From assembly GCF_002087085.1 (NCBI RefSeq), contig NZ_MWQY01000002.1, positions 186,001 through 250,000 of the forward strand: a stretch of DNA of 64,000 nucleotides, read 5' to 3'. Positions within the stretch are counted from its first letter, which is position 1. Every line of letters begins with the position of its first letter. Both the position numbers and the translations under genes were made by a program. The notes beneath the pieces are model-generated. The model searched no databases, was not told the origin of the DNA, and saw nothing but the letters and a program-made list of their open reading frames with translations. Below, piece after piece: positions 27,708-37,459 of the stretch.

Positions 27708-28694
27708 TCAGGGAACCGGTACGGCCCGGAGTATCATGGTTATTACATCTTCGCTGCTGAGCTCCTCCGATTCAGCTTCATAGGAGAGAATTATCCGGTG
27801 CCGGAGCACATCGTAGGCGGTCTCCTTGACATCCTCGGGGATTACGTAGTTCCTGCCGGCAAAAAGGGCTTTAACCTTGGCCGCCCGGTACAGAAACAGG
27901 GTCGCCCTGGTGGAGGCACCGTATTCGATATACCGGGTATAGCCGAAGCGTCCGGCGTCCTTCTCCCGGGAGGCCGTGACAATGGAGACAATATACTCCT
28001 CGATCCTCTCGTCCACCTTGATCGCCGCGGCTGTCTCCTTGATGATATTCAGGATTCCCGGAGTCAGGACCTTCTGAATAAAGGATTTCTGCTCCACCCC
28101 CATGCGCCGCAGAATGGCAAGTTCATCCTGGGGGTCCGGATAGTCGATCTTGAGCTTCATCATGAAGCGGTCCAGCTGGGCTTCGGGCAGGGGATAGGTA
28201 CCTTCACTCTCGATGGGGTTCTGGGTGGCCAGGACAAAGAAGGGCTTGGGAAGATAGTGGGTCTCGTCCCCGATTGTAACGTGCCGCTCCTCCATGGCCT
28301 CCAGAAGAGCCGACTGGACCTTGGCGGGAGCGCGGTTTATTTCATCGGCCAGGACAATGTTGGCGAAAACCGGTCCCTTTCTCGCGACGAACTCCCCGGT
28401 CTGCTGGCGGTAAATCATGGTCCCGATCAGGTCCGCAGGCAGAAGGTCGGGGGTGAACTGGAGCCGCTTGAAGCTTGCATCCAGGACCTCCGCCAGGGTT
28501 TTTACAGCCAGGGTCTTGGCCAGCCCCGGCACCCCTTCCAGGAGTACATGACCGCCGGCAATCAGGCCCATCAGCATACCGTCGACCATGGACTCCTGGC
28601 CGACCAGTCTTTTGGCTATCTCTTTGCGGCAGCGAATTAATTCGGTACTCGCCCGTTCGACATCAACTTCGGTTCTGTTCGCGGTGCTGCTCAT
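27708..28694 (-). CDS. moxR: MoxR-family AAA+ ATPase
   Basis: GHVLLEGVPGLAKT, RLQFTPDLLPAD, LADEINRAPAKVQSALLE, ATQNPIE.EGTYPLPEAQLDRF. Confidence 0.95.
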   Translation of the reverse strand: MSSTANRTEVDVERASTELIRCRKEIAKRLVGQESMVDGMLMGLIAGGHVLLEGVPGLAKTLAVKTLAEVLDASFKRLQFTPDLLPADLIGTMIYRQQTGEFVARKGPVFANIVLADEINRAPAKVQSALLEAMEERHVTIGDETHYLPKPFFVLATQNPIESEGTYPLPEAQLDRFMMKLKIDYPDPQDELAILRRMGVEQKSFIQKVLTPGILNIIKETAAAIKVDERIEEYIVSIVTASREKDAGRFGYTRYIEYGASTRATLFLYRAAKVKALFAGRNYVIPEDVKETAYDVLRHRIILSYEAESEELSSEDVITMILRAVPVP

Positions 28695-28731
28695 AGTAAT
28701 GATCCTTCACGCTTACGTTATGTTCTTTTGT

Positions 28732-30012
28732 TCAGCTGCGGTACTCGGCGTTCTCCCGGATATACTCATAGGACAGATCACTGCCCCATACCCGGGAAGA
28801 GCCCGTTCCGCTCTGTAAGTCTATCTCAATTAGTACCGTTTCGTCATGCTCCGGGTAACCTTTTAGCTCGGGAGAGAAGGATTTTTTCTCCAGATAGGAT
28901 GAAAGCCTCGTTTCAAGTTCCGGAGAGATACGGAACTCACCGCCTGAAAAGATCAGCTCTCCCCCCAGGCGGATACTCAGAGCCTTTCCGTCCAGGGGTA
29001 TTCCATTGTTTCCGGCATAATCTCCCAGGGACGAAACAAGGCGTCCGATGTTCGGGTCGTTGCCGTAGATGGCCGTCTTGACCAGGGGGGAATTGACCAC
29101 GGCCTTGGCAAACCCCCGGGCCTCTTCCCTGCACCGGGCGCCTGAAACAGCCACCTCGATTACATGGGAGGTACCCTCTCCGTTCCGCACGATATCCCGG
29201 GCAAGACCGGTGCACACCTGCCGCAGGGCTTCGACAAAATCGCCGTATGCAGGAGCAGGCGACCTGCGGGACGAGAGCAGGATACACATATCGCTGGTAC
29301 TCTGGTCTCCGTCCACGGAAACGGCATTGAAGGAATCCTCCACAACCTCCCCCAGGGCCCTGGAGAGCTCCTCCCGGGACAGGTCAGCATCGGTCATTAT
29401 GAAAGCCAGCATGGTCGCCATGTTCGGTTCTATCATACCCGCGCCCTTGGCTATTCCCAGCACCGTGGCCTCTCCCGCAGGAACCGAACGGATCTTGGGA
29501 AAGCGGTCGGTGGTCATGATTCCCCTGGCAGCGGGAAGGGCTGATTCAGCCTGAAGGCTCTTTATCAGCGTTGGCAGGGAAGCATCTATCTCCGGAACCG
29601 GAAGCTTCCAGCCGATAACCCCGGTGGAGGCATAGAGCCACTCCTCAGATTTACCCCCCGCCGCCGCCGCCAGGCTTTCGGTTATCCTGCAGGCGTCATC
29701 GAAACCGCCGGGAGCGCATACGTTGGCCACCTTGTTGTTGACGAGAATCCCCCTGATCGAGGGACCGTCTATACGTTCACGGCACAGGAGAACCGGTGCT
29801 CCGGGGAAGGCGTTGCGGGTAAAAACCCCGGCGGCGACACCTTTACCATCACTGAGCTCGATGAGAGAAAGATTCATCCGGTAGAGCTTGTCTCCGGGAA
29901 GTTCCCGGGGATGAAAGGTCAGGGCGACGCTTCCCGCACGGAAGCCCCGGGGAAGCGCAGAACGTGTCTTGAGAACATCTTCATAATCAACTATGCTTTT
30001 ACAGGCGGCCAT
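28732..30012 (-). CDS. argJ: Ornithine acetyltransferase / N-acetylglutamate synthase ArgJ (start 30012 or 30048)
   Basis: ASTGVIG, IMTTD, AKGAGMIEPNMATML, VDGDQSTSD, GEG, SPLVKTA.YG.DPN.GR. Confidence 0.93.
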   Translation of the reverse strand: MAACKSIVDYEDVLKTRSALPRGFRAGSVALTFHPRELPGDKLYRMNLSLIELSDGKGVAAGVFTRNAFPGAPVLLCRERIDGPSIRGILVNNKVANVCAPGGFDDACRITESLAAAAGGKSEEWLYASTGVIGWKLPVPEIDASLPTLIKSLQAESALPAARGIMTTDRFPKIRSVPAGEATVLGIAKGAGMIEPNMATMLAFIMTDADLSREELSRALGEVVEDSFNAVSVDGDQSTSDMCILLSSRRSPAPAYGDFVEALRQVCTGLARDIVRNGEGTSHVIEVAVSGARCREEARGFAKAVVNSPLVKTAIYGNDPNIGRLVSSLGDYAGNNGIPLDGKALSIRLGGELIFSGGEFRISPELETRLSSYLEKKSFSPELKGYPEHDETVLIEIDLQSGTGSSRVWGSDLSYEYIRENAEYRS

Positions 30013-30083
30013 CCGATTGTTATAGTACGTCAGGGATTCGTATTTCAAGGGTTTTTTCGCCCAATCTCAGGGAGGTGTTATCA

Positions 30084-30659
30084 ATGAATTTTACCCGGCT
30101 TGTCAGGGAAAACCGGAGCTACCGGCGTTTTAACGAAGCAGACCCCATTCCCCGGAAACTCATGACGGAAATGGTTGACCTGGGAAGGATCTGCCCCAGC
30201 GGGGCCAACAGGCAGCCCCTGAAATACATGATCGTCTCGGATCGGGAAACACGGGACAGAGTGTTCCCCCTCCTGAGCTGGGCAGCCTACCTCAAGGACT
30301 GGACGGGCCCTGCAGAAGGAGAGCGTCCGACGGGGTACATTGTAATACTCGGCGACACGGAGATATCCCAGTCGCCTTCCGTCGACCTGGGGATCTGTGC
30401 CCAGACCATGCTGCTCCTGGCTGTCGAAGCAGGATACGGCGGCTGCATGATCGCTTCGGTAAAGAAAGACTCCCTTAAGGAGCTGCTTGAAGTCCCCCCG
30501 GGACTCGAGGTTCTCCTGGTAATAGCCCTGGGAAAACCCGGGGAAGACGTCGTTCTTGAGGAAAAGTCCCCCGAAGGGGATATATTCTACTACCGGGACA
30601 GTGAAGACCGCCACCACGTGCCCAAGCGTCCTTTGAAGGAAGTACTCCTGCGGAAATGA
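30084..30659 (+). CDS. Nitroreductase family protein
   Basis: RSYRRF, CPSGANRQP, DLGICAQTMLL, HVPKR. Confidence 0.88.
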   Translation: MNFTRLVRENRSYRRFNEADPIPRKLMTEMVDLGRICPSGANRQPLKYMIVSDRETRDRVFPLLSWAAYLKDWTGPAEGERPTGYIVILGDTEISQSPSVDLGICAQTMLLLAVEAGYGGCMIASVKKDSLKELLEVPPGLEVLLVIALGKPGEDVVLEEKSPEGDIFYYRDSEDRHHVPKRPLKEVLLRK

Positions 30660-31498
30660 TTCCCCTCACAAACTACCACACCCACAACAGCCTGTGCGAC
30701 GGGACCGGCGAACTGGAAGAGTACCTGGCGACGGCCCGACGCAAGGGCTTTGCCGCCCTGGGCTTTACGAGCCATGCTCCCCTGCCCTTCATCAATGACT
30801 GGACCCTTGCGGAGGCGGACCTGGAAACCTACTGCAGCAGAGTACGGGAGCTGCAGAAGAACAGCGATCCGGAACTCTACCTGGGGCTGGAGATCGATTA
30901 TATACCCGGCAGAATGGGCCCGGCGGAGGAACGCTGGAAACAGTACCGGTTCGATTACACCATCGGTTCGGTTCACATGATCCCGGTGGATGGAAAAGCC
31001 TGGTCCATTGACGGGCCGGATGATGAGTTCCTTCATCTGTACCGGAACGTGTATAACCGGGACGGGACGGCCATGGCAGTGGAATACTACCGCCTCCTTG
31101 AGGAGATGATCCATAAGGGAGGCTTCACGATTCTCGGCCATCTTGACCTGATAAAGAAAAAGAACCTCAAAATGCATTTCCTGAACGAAGAGGCGCCCCG
31201 ATATACGGATGCGGTACTTCGGGTTCTGGACAGCCTTGCAGACAGCGGAATATTCATGGAAATCAACTCCGGCGGCCTGTTCCGGGGAGCTACTGAAGGG
31301 GTCTACCCCTCCTTCTCCATTCTGCAGGAAGCCCGACGGCGGGGAATCCCCCTGGTAATAAACTCCGATGCCCATACCCCGGAGGCGCTGGATTTCCATT
31401 TCAACGAAGCCTGTGACCTTGCCCGGAAGGCCGGCTACCGGAGGACCATGATGCTCCTGAACGGAGACTGGCGGGAGATCCCCCTGGGAGAAGCCTAG
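30656..31498 (+). CDS. Histidinol-phosphatase, PHP (HisJ) family
   Basis: NYHTHNSLCDG, GFTSHAP, GLEIDY, IGSVH, GHLDL, NSDAH. Confidence 0.85.
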   Translation: MIPLTNYHTHNSLCDGTGELEEYLATARRKGFAALGFTSHAPLPFINDWTLAEADLETYCSRVRELQKNSDPELYLGLEIDYIPGRMGPAEERWKQYRFDYTIGSVHMIPVDGKAWSIDGPDDEFLHLYRNVYNRDGTAMAVEYYRLLEEMIHKGGFTILGHLDLIKKKNLKMHFLNEEAPRYTDAVLRVLDSLADSGIFMEINSGGLFRGATEGVYPSFSILQEARRRGIPLVINSDAHTPEALDFHFNEACDLARKAGYRRTMMLLNGDWREIPLGEA

Positions 31499-31499
31499 G

Positions 31500-32348
31500 A
31501 TGGAAGGGTCCCACGACAACATCGAAAGGGAACTTGAGGAATGCCGCAGGGCATACCGAAAGCGCACCGGTCAATTCACAAAACTCCTGAAACAGTCGAA
31601 GGAGATGACCGCCAACCTGCGCCTGAACTTTGACGGTATCGTGCATCTTCTGGGAGATGTAATCAGCCAGGCTTCCCCTTTAATGGGAGGACACACAAAG
31701 AGGACCGCGGCCCTTGCCCGCAGCATTGCCCAGGCCATGCGCTTGAATCCGGACCGCAGACGGCTTGTCTTCTACGCCGCCAGTCTCCACGACCTGAGTC
31801 TTGCAGGCAGGGAGCAGAACTGGCTCGACGAGGAGAACCGGGATTGGCTTGACCATCCCGACCGCAGTGCAGATCTTATAGCAGTGGTAAAGAACCTGGG
31901 AAGAATTGCAGCAACGGTAAGGTCTCATCACGAATACTACAACGGAGAAGGCTTCCCCAGAGGGCTCAGGGGCGAAGAGATCCCCCTGGAAAGCAGAATA
32001 ATTACCGCCGCCCTCAGCTATGACAGAAGTGTTGCCCTCAGGAAGGTCCCGGTGGATACAACTCTTGAGAACATGGAGGCAGGCGGCCGCTTCGATCCCC
32101 AGGTGCTGGAACATCTTTCTTCCATTATACGAAGCGAAGACGAGCGTCGTCGCAGGGGAGACCGATTGATACTGCTGGAGGAACTGACCCCTGGAATGGA
32201 GCTCGCCGACGATCTGATTCTCGCAAACGGTCTGGTTCTGTATCCAAGGGGTACAATTCTGGACGAGGAGACCCGTACACGGATCATCAACTTCGACGGC
32301 ATGTTTCCGAAATCCGGCCTGATCCGGGTTTACGGGGCAGGACAGTAA
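31500..32348 (+). CDS. HD-GYP domain protein
   Basis: GHTKR, LHD, HP, HHEYYNGEGFPRGLRGEEIPLESRII, FDP. Confidence 0.8.
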   Translation: MEGSHDNIERELEECRRAYRKRTGQFTKLLKQSKEMTANLRLNFDGIVHLLGDVISQASPLMGGHTKRTAALARSIAQAMRLNPDRRRLVFYAASLHDLSLAGREQNWLDEENRDWLDHPDRSADLIAVVKNLGRIAATVRSHHEYYNGEGFPRGLRGEEIPLESRIITAALSYDRSVALRKVPVDTTLENMEAGGRFDPQVLEHLSSIIRSEDERRRRGDRLILLEELTPGMELADDLILANGLVLYPRGTILDEETRTRIINFDGMFPKSGLIRVYGAGQ

Positions 32349-32358
32349 AGGCACATTC

Positions 32359-33477
32359 ATGAAAGAGGAAATACTCAGTTCCATAAAGGATCGGGAAACC
32401 TTCAAGCGGATAGAGAAAATCTATACCACCGCCCCGGTGAGAAAACTCAGCGATGAGGATAAAATCGTTATCTTCTCGGACCTGCATATGGGAAATCGAC
32501 GAAGGGTAGATGACTTTCGCGGCAATTCCGAGCTTTTTTACCGGCTTCTGAAGGATTATTACTGGCCCCGGGGCTACACCCTGATTTTGAACGGGGATAT
32601 AGAAGAGCTTCAGAAATTCAATATGCCGGTCATCAGGAAACGCTGGAACGAAGTATTCAAGCTGCTCGAGGATTTTCACAGCGCCGGACGACTGATCAAG
32701 ATCATCGGCAACCATGACCTTGAACTTTCCACAGGGCGCTTTGACAGCATCAACGCCGATCTTCTCGAAGCCCTTCGCTACGATTACAAGGGACAAACCA
32801 TCTTCCTGCTCCACGGCCACCAGGCTGCGGACATTTTTCACCGCTACAACGATTTTGTGGGCTTCATGGCAAAATATCTGGCTTATCCCCTGGGAATAAA
32901 AAACCGGACCGCCGCCCATAACTCCAAGCGGAAATATACCGTTGAACGCAGGATCTACCGTTTTTCCTACCTGAAAAAGATCGTCTCGATTATCGGGCAT
33001 ACCCATCGCCCCCTTTTTGAAGGCCTCAATAAACGGGACTCCCTGCGTTTCTCCATCGAACGGCTCCTGAGGAACTATCCGGAAATGGATGAGAAGGAGA
33101 AAACCTTCGCCCGGAGCCAGATACTGGTTCTGAAGGACGAACTGGAAAACCTTGAAAACCGGGAGAAAAACTCACCGGAATCGAGCTTTTACCACAGTGA
33201 GGACCTTGTCCTGCCGAACCTCTTCAATTCCGGGGCAGTTATCGGCAAACACGGCGCCACGGGGCTCGAGATCGAGCGGGGAAACATCCGGCTTGTCCAC
33301 TGGTTTGACGAATCGGTGCGCTCCCGGAAACGTTATATGCGGGATGTCCCGGCAGAAAACCTGCCCGGCACAACCTATAACCGCCGCACGATTAAACAGG
33401 ATCATCTGGAATACATATTTAACCGCATAACCCTGCTGGGCTGGGTTGAATCGATGGAAGAAGAGACGGAGGATTGA
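32359..33477 (+). CDS. Calcineurin-like metallophosphoesterase
   Basis: SDLH, NGD, GNHD, HGH, GHTH motifs. Confidence 0.85.
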   Translation: MKEEILSSIKDRETFKRIEKIYTTAPVRKLSDEDKIVIFSDLHMGNRRRVDDFRGNSELFYRLLKDYYWPRGYTLILNGDIEELQKFNMPVIRKRWNEVFKLLEDFHSAGRLIKIIGNHDLELSTGRFDSINADLLEALRYDYKGQTIFLLHGHQAADIFHRYNDFVGFMAKYLAYPLGIKNRTAAHNSKRKYTVERRIYRFSYLKKIVSIIGHTHRPLFEGLNKRDSLRFSIERLLRNYPEMDEKEKTFARSQILVLKDELENLENREKNSPESSFYHSEDLVLPNLFNSGAVIGKHGATGLEIERGNIRLVHWFDESVRSRKRYMRDVPAENLPGTTYNRRTIKQDHLEYIFNRITLLGWVESMEEETED

Positions 33478-33519
33478 TATGTCTTGCAGGACCCTGCCGA
33501 TCCGGATTACCCTGAGGGC

Positions 33520-33786
33520 ATGAACGACTCCCCGCAGATTCTCTACCCCGCCCGGATTATGATGAAGGTTATCATGAGCGCCAAGGAGACGGAAGAAGAG
33601 AACCGACGGCGTATACATGATACCGTGGCCCCCCTGGGATACCAGCCCTCGGGATTCAGTTCCAGGCTCAGCAGGAAGGGTCGATGGATGAGCATTAGTT
33701 TTTTTGCAGAAGTTGAGTCCAACAGCGCCCTTCAGAAGTTGTACCAAACCCTCGCGGAGCTACCAGGCGCGCAGGTTGTTCTCTGA
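33520..33786 (+). CDS. DUF493 / YbeD-like protein
   Basis: YP...KVI, SRKGRW.S, LYQ.L...VVL pattern; 88 aa. Confidence 0.7.
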   Translation: MNDSPQILYPARIMMKVIMSAKETEEENRRRIHDTVAPLGYQPSGFSSRLSRKGRWMSISFFAEVESNSALQKLYQTLAELPGAQVVL

Positions 33787-34407
33787 TCAGCTGTCCATGG
33801 AAACAACGTTTCCGGAGGCAGTGAAAACCTCCGGTAATCCAGGCTCCCTGAACTCCACAAGCCACTGCCGAAAAACAGGTCTGCAGAAATCAGGCAGTTT
33901 TTTCAGCACCCGTTCCGGACTCTTCTCCTCTTTCAGACGCCCCGGCTTTTTGGAATAAAAGCAGTCGGCGTAGCAGATCAGCTTTTCTTCCCAGCTTTCC
34001 GGCAGCATGTCCCGGGAAGGAAGGTCCATACCCTCCCGTAAGATGTCATCCCGGCTTACACCGGTCAGAAAGTGCCGTTCGCACACAAGGGCATGCCGGA
34101 CCAGTTCCTGTTCTTCCAGAAGACGACGGCCGATAATTCCGTGATGAATATAGGGCGCCCTGCCAAAACAGCCCAGGGAGGGAACATCCGTTTCGATCAT
34201 GCCGATATCGTGAAGCACGGCAGCTTCATAGAGAAAATCGAAATCCGTCTCCACCTCAGGGAAACGCCGGGCGACTTCCTGCGCCTTTGCTGCAACCGCC
34301 TCCCCATGGGCCAGCAGAATCACTTCCGCTTTTGATCCCGCTGCATAATACCTGCGGATAGTCTTTTCAATCACCCCGGCACCCGGCTTTTCCTCAGGAT
34401 CCTTCAT
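33787..34407 (-). CDS. HD-domain phosphohydrolase (HDIG type)
   Basis: H...LHDIG, HG..G, CERH, EEKLICYAD.FYSK. Confidence 0.85.
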   Translation of the reverse strand: MKDPEEKPGAGVIEKTIRRYYAAGSKAEVILLAHGEAVAAKAQEVARRFPEVETDFDFLYEAAVLHDIGMIETDVPSLGCFGRAPYIHHGIIGRRLLEEQELVRHALVCERHFLTGVSRDDILREGMDLPSRDMLPESWEEKLICYADCFYSKKPGRLKEEKSPERVLKKLPDFCRPVFRQWLVEFREPGLPEVFTASGNVVSMDS

Positions 34408-35224
34408 TCAGCGCAAAGGCCTCGGGAATAAAGCGCCTGATGGCTTCGGCCACTCCGTCGTCCTGATGGGAACAGGCGGTCACGTAGTCGGCGATTTTCT
34501 TGATCTCATCCTTGCCGTTGGACATGGCCACCCCCACGCCGGCCCAGGAGAGCATACCGTAATCATTCATGGAGTCCCCGATGGCCATCACCTGTTGAGC
34601 ACCCAGTCCGAGTTCTTCCGCGACGAAGGCCAGAGCGGTTCCCTTGTCTGCGTCAGCGCGAAGGACCTCGAGAAAATAGGGCTTGGAGGTGAAGATGTTT
34701 GCCTTGTCGCCGAGGGCCGCTTTCAACGCCTTCTCAACCCCGGGAAGAACGGCGGGATCCCCGGGAATGACGAACTTGCTGCGGGGAATCGTCAGGGACG
34801 CGGCGAAGGAATCCACCTGGTGCCAGCGCTGTCCGGTGAGCAGACAGTCGCGCTCGGTATACTCGCTGGGTCCGGAGACGTAGATATCTCCCTCTCCGTA
34901 GTACTGCATGGTCAGCCCGAAGCCCCGCACAATCTCCCAGGCCTCCATGCCCAGAGCCGGCTCCAGAGGTTTGTCCAGGATAATATCCTCATTATGGGTG
35001 GAAATCACCGTTGCACCGTTATTGACGATCATGTAACCAGGGCGGCCCCACATATCGAGTTCCCGGCCGTAGCGCCGCATGGAAAAGAGGGTTCGACCCG
35101 ATGCGAGCATTACCGTGACACCGGCGGCCTCGGCGGCACACACCGCCCTGCGGTTCTCTTCGCTTATAAAAAGATCCTCCGTCAGGAGGGTATCGTCCAG
35201 ATCGAGAGCAAGTAACTGTATCAT
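34394..35224 (-). CDS. Cof-type HAD-IIB hydrolase
   Basis: DLDDTLL, LASGR, NGA, DKG, AIGDSMND. Confidence 0.92.
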   Translation of the reverse strand: MIQLLALDLDDTLLTEDLFISEENRRAVCAAEAAGVTVMLASGRTLFSMRRYGRELDMWGRPGYMIVNNGATVISTHNEDIILDKPLEPALGMEAWEIVRGFGLTMQYYGEGDIYVSGPSEYTERDCLLTGQRWHQVDSFAASLTIPRSKFVIPGDPAVLPGVEKALKAALGDKANIFTSKPYFLEVLRADADKGTALAFVAEELGLGAQQVMAIGDSMNDYGMLSWAGVGVAMSNGKDEIKKIADYVTACSHQDDGVAEAIRRFIPEAFALNEGS

Positions 35225-35313
35225 GCATTTACTGTAGCAAGAGGACGGGAGTGATTCAAGATCAGGAAACCCCGGGGGAATCCAATCGCTCTTCCCCCGG
35301 TAAAATCTATTGC

Positions 35314-36366
35314 TCAGCGGGGATTGAATGAAGGGGTTATTTTATCCTCAGGGACCTTTCCTTCAAGAACCTCGGGATTCACAATTGAATCGGGAAGCCT
35401 TCCCTCAACCTGATGGAAAACGGAATCCACGTTCTGCTTCATAACCATCCGGATAGCATCGGTATTGTTCGCAGCCCCGGCGATATGGGGAGTAACGATC
35501 GCCGTCCTGCACTTGAGTAGAGGATTGCTGTCAACATCCGGCTCATCCTCGAAAACGTCTATTCCCGCGCCGGCAACAACTCCCTCCTTCAGAATCCCAG
35601 CCAGAACAGCATCCGAATAGATTCCGCCCCGGCTGGTGTTGATAAAGAAAGCGGAGGGTTTCATCATGCGAAAATGATCCTCCTTCAGCATACCCCGGGT
35701 ATCATCCGTCAAGGGCACATGCAGACTCACGTAGTCGGAACTTTTAAGGACCTCATCCAAGGACAGGAGCTCTACACCCAGCTTTTTAACGGCGTCCCGG
35801 TCGACATAGGGATCATAAGCGATCACCCTCATACTGAAGGGTGCTACCAGCCGAGCAACGGTCTGGCCGATACCGCCGCAGCCGATCAGCCCCACGGTGG
35901 AACCCTGGATACAGCGGGTCATGTATTTGCCCTTGTCCCGGAACGAGCTCTCCCGTATGTAGTCGTTGAAGAAAGGAAGCCGGGTGGTAAGGGCGAGGAT
36001 GTAACTGAGAACAAGTTCCGCAACCGGTTCCCGTATGCCGTAGGGAGCATTGCTGAGGATGACCCCGTTTTTATTACAGGCGTCGATATCCACGTTCTCG
36101 AAGCCGGCTCCGAACCGGCCGATCCATTTGAGCCGGTCGTTTCCCTCCAGCGTGGCCGGGCCCACATTCCGGTGCCCCATGAGGATGTAATAATCAACAC
36201 CGGACAGCTCAGCGGAAGAGACCATCTCGCTGTGGGGGCTGTCCGGGCCCAGAAGGACCTTTACCTCGAAGCGGTCGTCCCCCTTGAGACGCTCGAGTTC
36301 TTCCCGGAAGCCTTCCGACTTTTTGCTGTAATCCATCTCGACTGCAACGGTAATTTTACTGTTCAT
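35314..36366 (-). CDS. D-isomer-specific 2-hydroxyacid dehydrogenase (SerA-like)
   Basis: GAGFENVD, GLIGCGGIG, LHVPLT, INTSRG, DVFEDEP, TPHIAG. Confidence 0.9.
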   Translation of the reverse strand: MNSKITVAVEMDYSKKSEGFREELERLKGDDRFEVKVLLGPDSPHSEMVSSAELSGVDYYILMGHRNVGPATLEGNDRLKWIGRFGAGFENVDIDACNKNGVILSNAPYGIREPVAELVLSYILALTTRLPFFNDYIRESSFRDKGKYMTRCIQGSTVGLIGCGGIGQTVARLVAPFSMRVIAYDPYVDRDAVKKLGVELLSLDEVLKSSDYVSLHVPLTDDTRGMLKEDHFRMMKPSAFFINTSRGGIYSDAVLAGILKEGVVAGAGIDVFEDEPDVDSNPLLKCRTAIVTPHIAGAANNTDAIRMVMKQNVDSVFHQVEGRLPDSIVNPEVLEGKVPEDKITPSFNPR

Positions 36367-36375
36367 GCTAACCCC

Positions 36376-37338
36376 TTATATGTTTATTTTCTTCAACTTG
36401 CGAAAACATCTTACTTCCTGCGGAGGGACCTGTACCGACCCGAAGAAGGTATGGGAAACCTCTCCCATGTAAATGTCGCCCCGGGAATCCATGGTGATCC
36501 CGTGGGGAGCATACATCTGGTCCGGGGCTTCGTCCCCTGCGTAATCCGCGCCGAAACGCGCCAGCTGCCTGCCCCTGGTGTCGTGAACGGAAATACAGGC
36601 CCCGATACGGGGATAGTTTTCGTTGACCTTGAGCGAGGTCGGCAGCTGACCGATCAGAACCAGCTGCTCCGACCCCTCGGTAATATGCAGCGCGCAGGGA
36701 CGGTGCATGTCGTTCCACTGAGTAATGAATTTTCCCTTTTCATCAAAGATCTGTATTCTGTGGTTCTCGCGGTCCGCAACGTACACACGGCTATCCCTGT
36801 CGGTACAGATCGAATGAACCAGGTTGAACTCTCCCTGCCCCGTACCGAAATCTCCCCATGAAAAAAGCAGCTGCCCGTCAGCAGAGTACTTGTGGACCCG
36901 GGCATTGCCGTAACCGTCGGCAATATAGAGAGCCCCTGTTTCGGGTTCCAGAGCGACCTTGGTAGGCCGGTTGAAAGGCCGGTTGCTCAGATACTCAGCC
37001 GGTTTATTCGGCACCCCGAGGGTCATCAGGACCTTTCCGTCGGGTGAACACTTCCGCACCGTGTGATCCCCGTCATCCGCACAATACAGCATGTCGTCAG
37101 GACCGATGGTCAATCCGTGGGGACGGGAGAAGAGCCCCTCGCCCCAGGAATCGACAAGGTTTCCATCCCTGTCGAAGACGGTCATCGGGTGCCCTCCGCG
37201 ATTGAACACATAGACGCGGTCCCGTGAATCGACGGCCACGTCCGACGCGTCGAGAAATTTCCACCCCTCCGGGAGTTTAGCCCAGTCAAACTCAGCACGA
37301 AAGCCAAAATCCCCGTCGCTAATTAGATTACCAGTCAC
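36376..37338 (-). CDS. NHL-repeat beta-propeller protein (PAL-like family)
   Basis: DVAVDSRDRVYVFNR, PHGL, FNRPT.VA, YIADGYGNARV, VYVADRENHRIQIFD. Confidence 0.85.
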   Translation of the reverse strand: MTGNLISDGDFGFRAEFDWAKLPEGWKFLDASDVAVDSRDRVYVFNRGGHPMTVFDRDGNLVDSWGEGLFSRPHGLTIGPDDMLYCADDGDHTVRKCSPDGKVLMTLGVPNKPAEYLSNRPFNRPTKVALEPETGALYIADGYGNARVHKYSADGQLLFSWGDFGTGQGEFNLVHSICTDRDSRVYVADRENHRIQIFDEKGKFITQWNDMHRPCALHITEGSEQLVLIGQLPTSLKVNENYPRIGACISVHDTRGRQLARFGADYAGDEAPDQMYAPHGITMDSRGDIYMGEVSHTFFGSVQVPPQEVRCFRKLKKINI

Positions 37339-37351
37339 ATCATACTCCTGA

Positions 37352-37409
37352 ATAGTTCATAATGTATTCACAGTGTATTCATAGTGGGACCTTATCAGTG
37401 TGCTGTCAA
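37352..37409 (-). promoter_or_regulatory. Promoter of the NHL/dehydrogenase operon with tandem 11-bp operator-like repeats
   Basis: Minus TTGACA-17 bp-CACTAT; direct repeats TGTATTCACAG/TGTATTCATAG at 37363-37384. Confidence 0.55.
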
Positions 37410-37459
37410 GAAAATATCCATCTGGAATTACCGGGGAGTTTTATGCTACGATCTTCCGG

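Noticed and set aside
35674..36861. 395-aa plus-strand ORF
   Set aside because: It spans two well-supported minus-strand genes and has no recognisable motifs.
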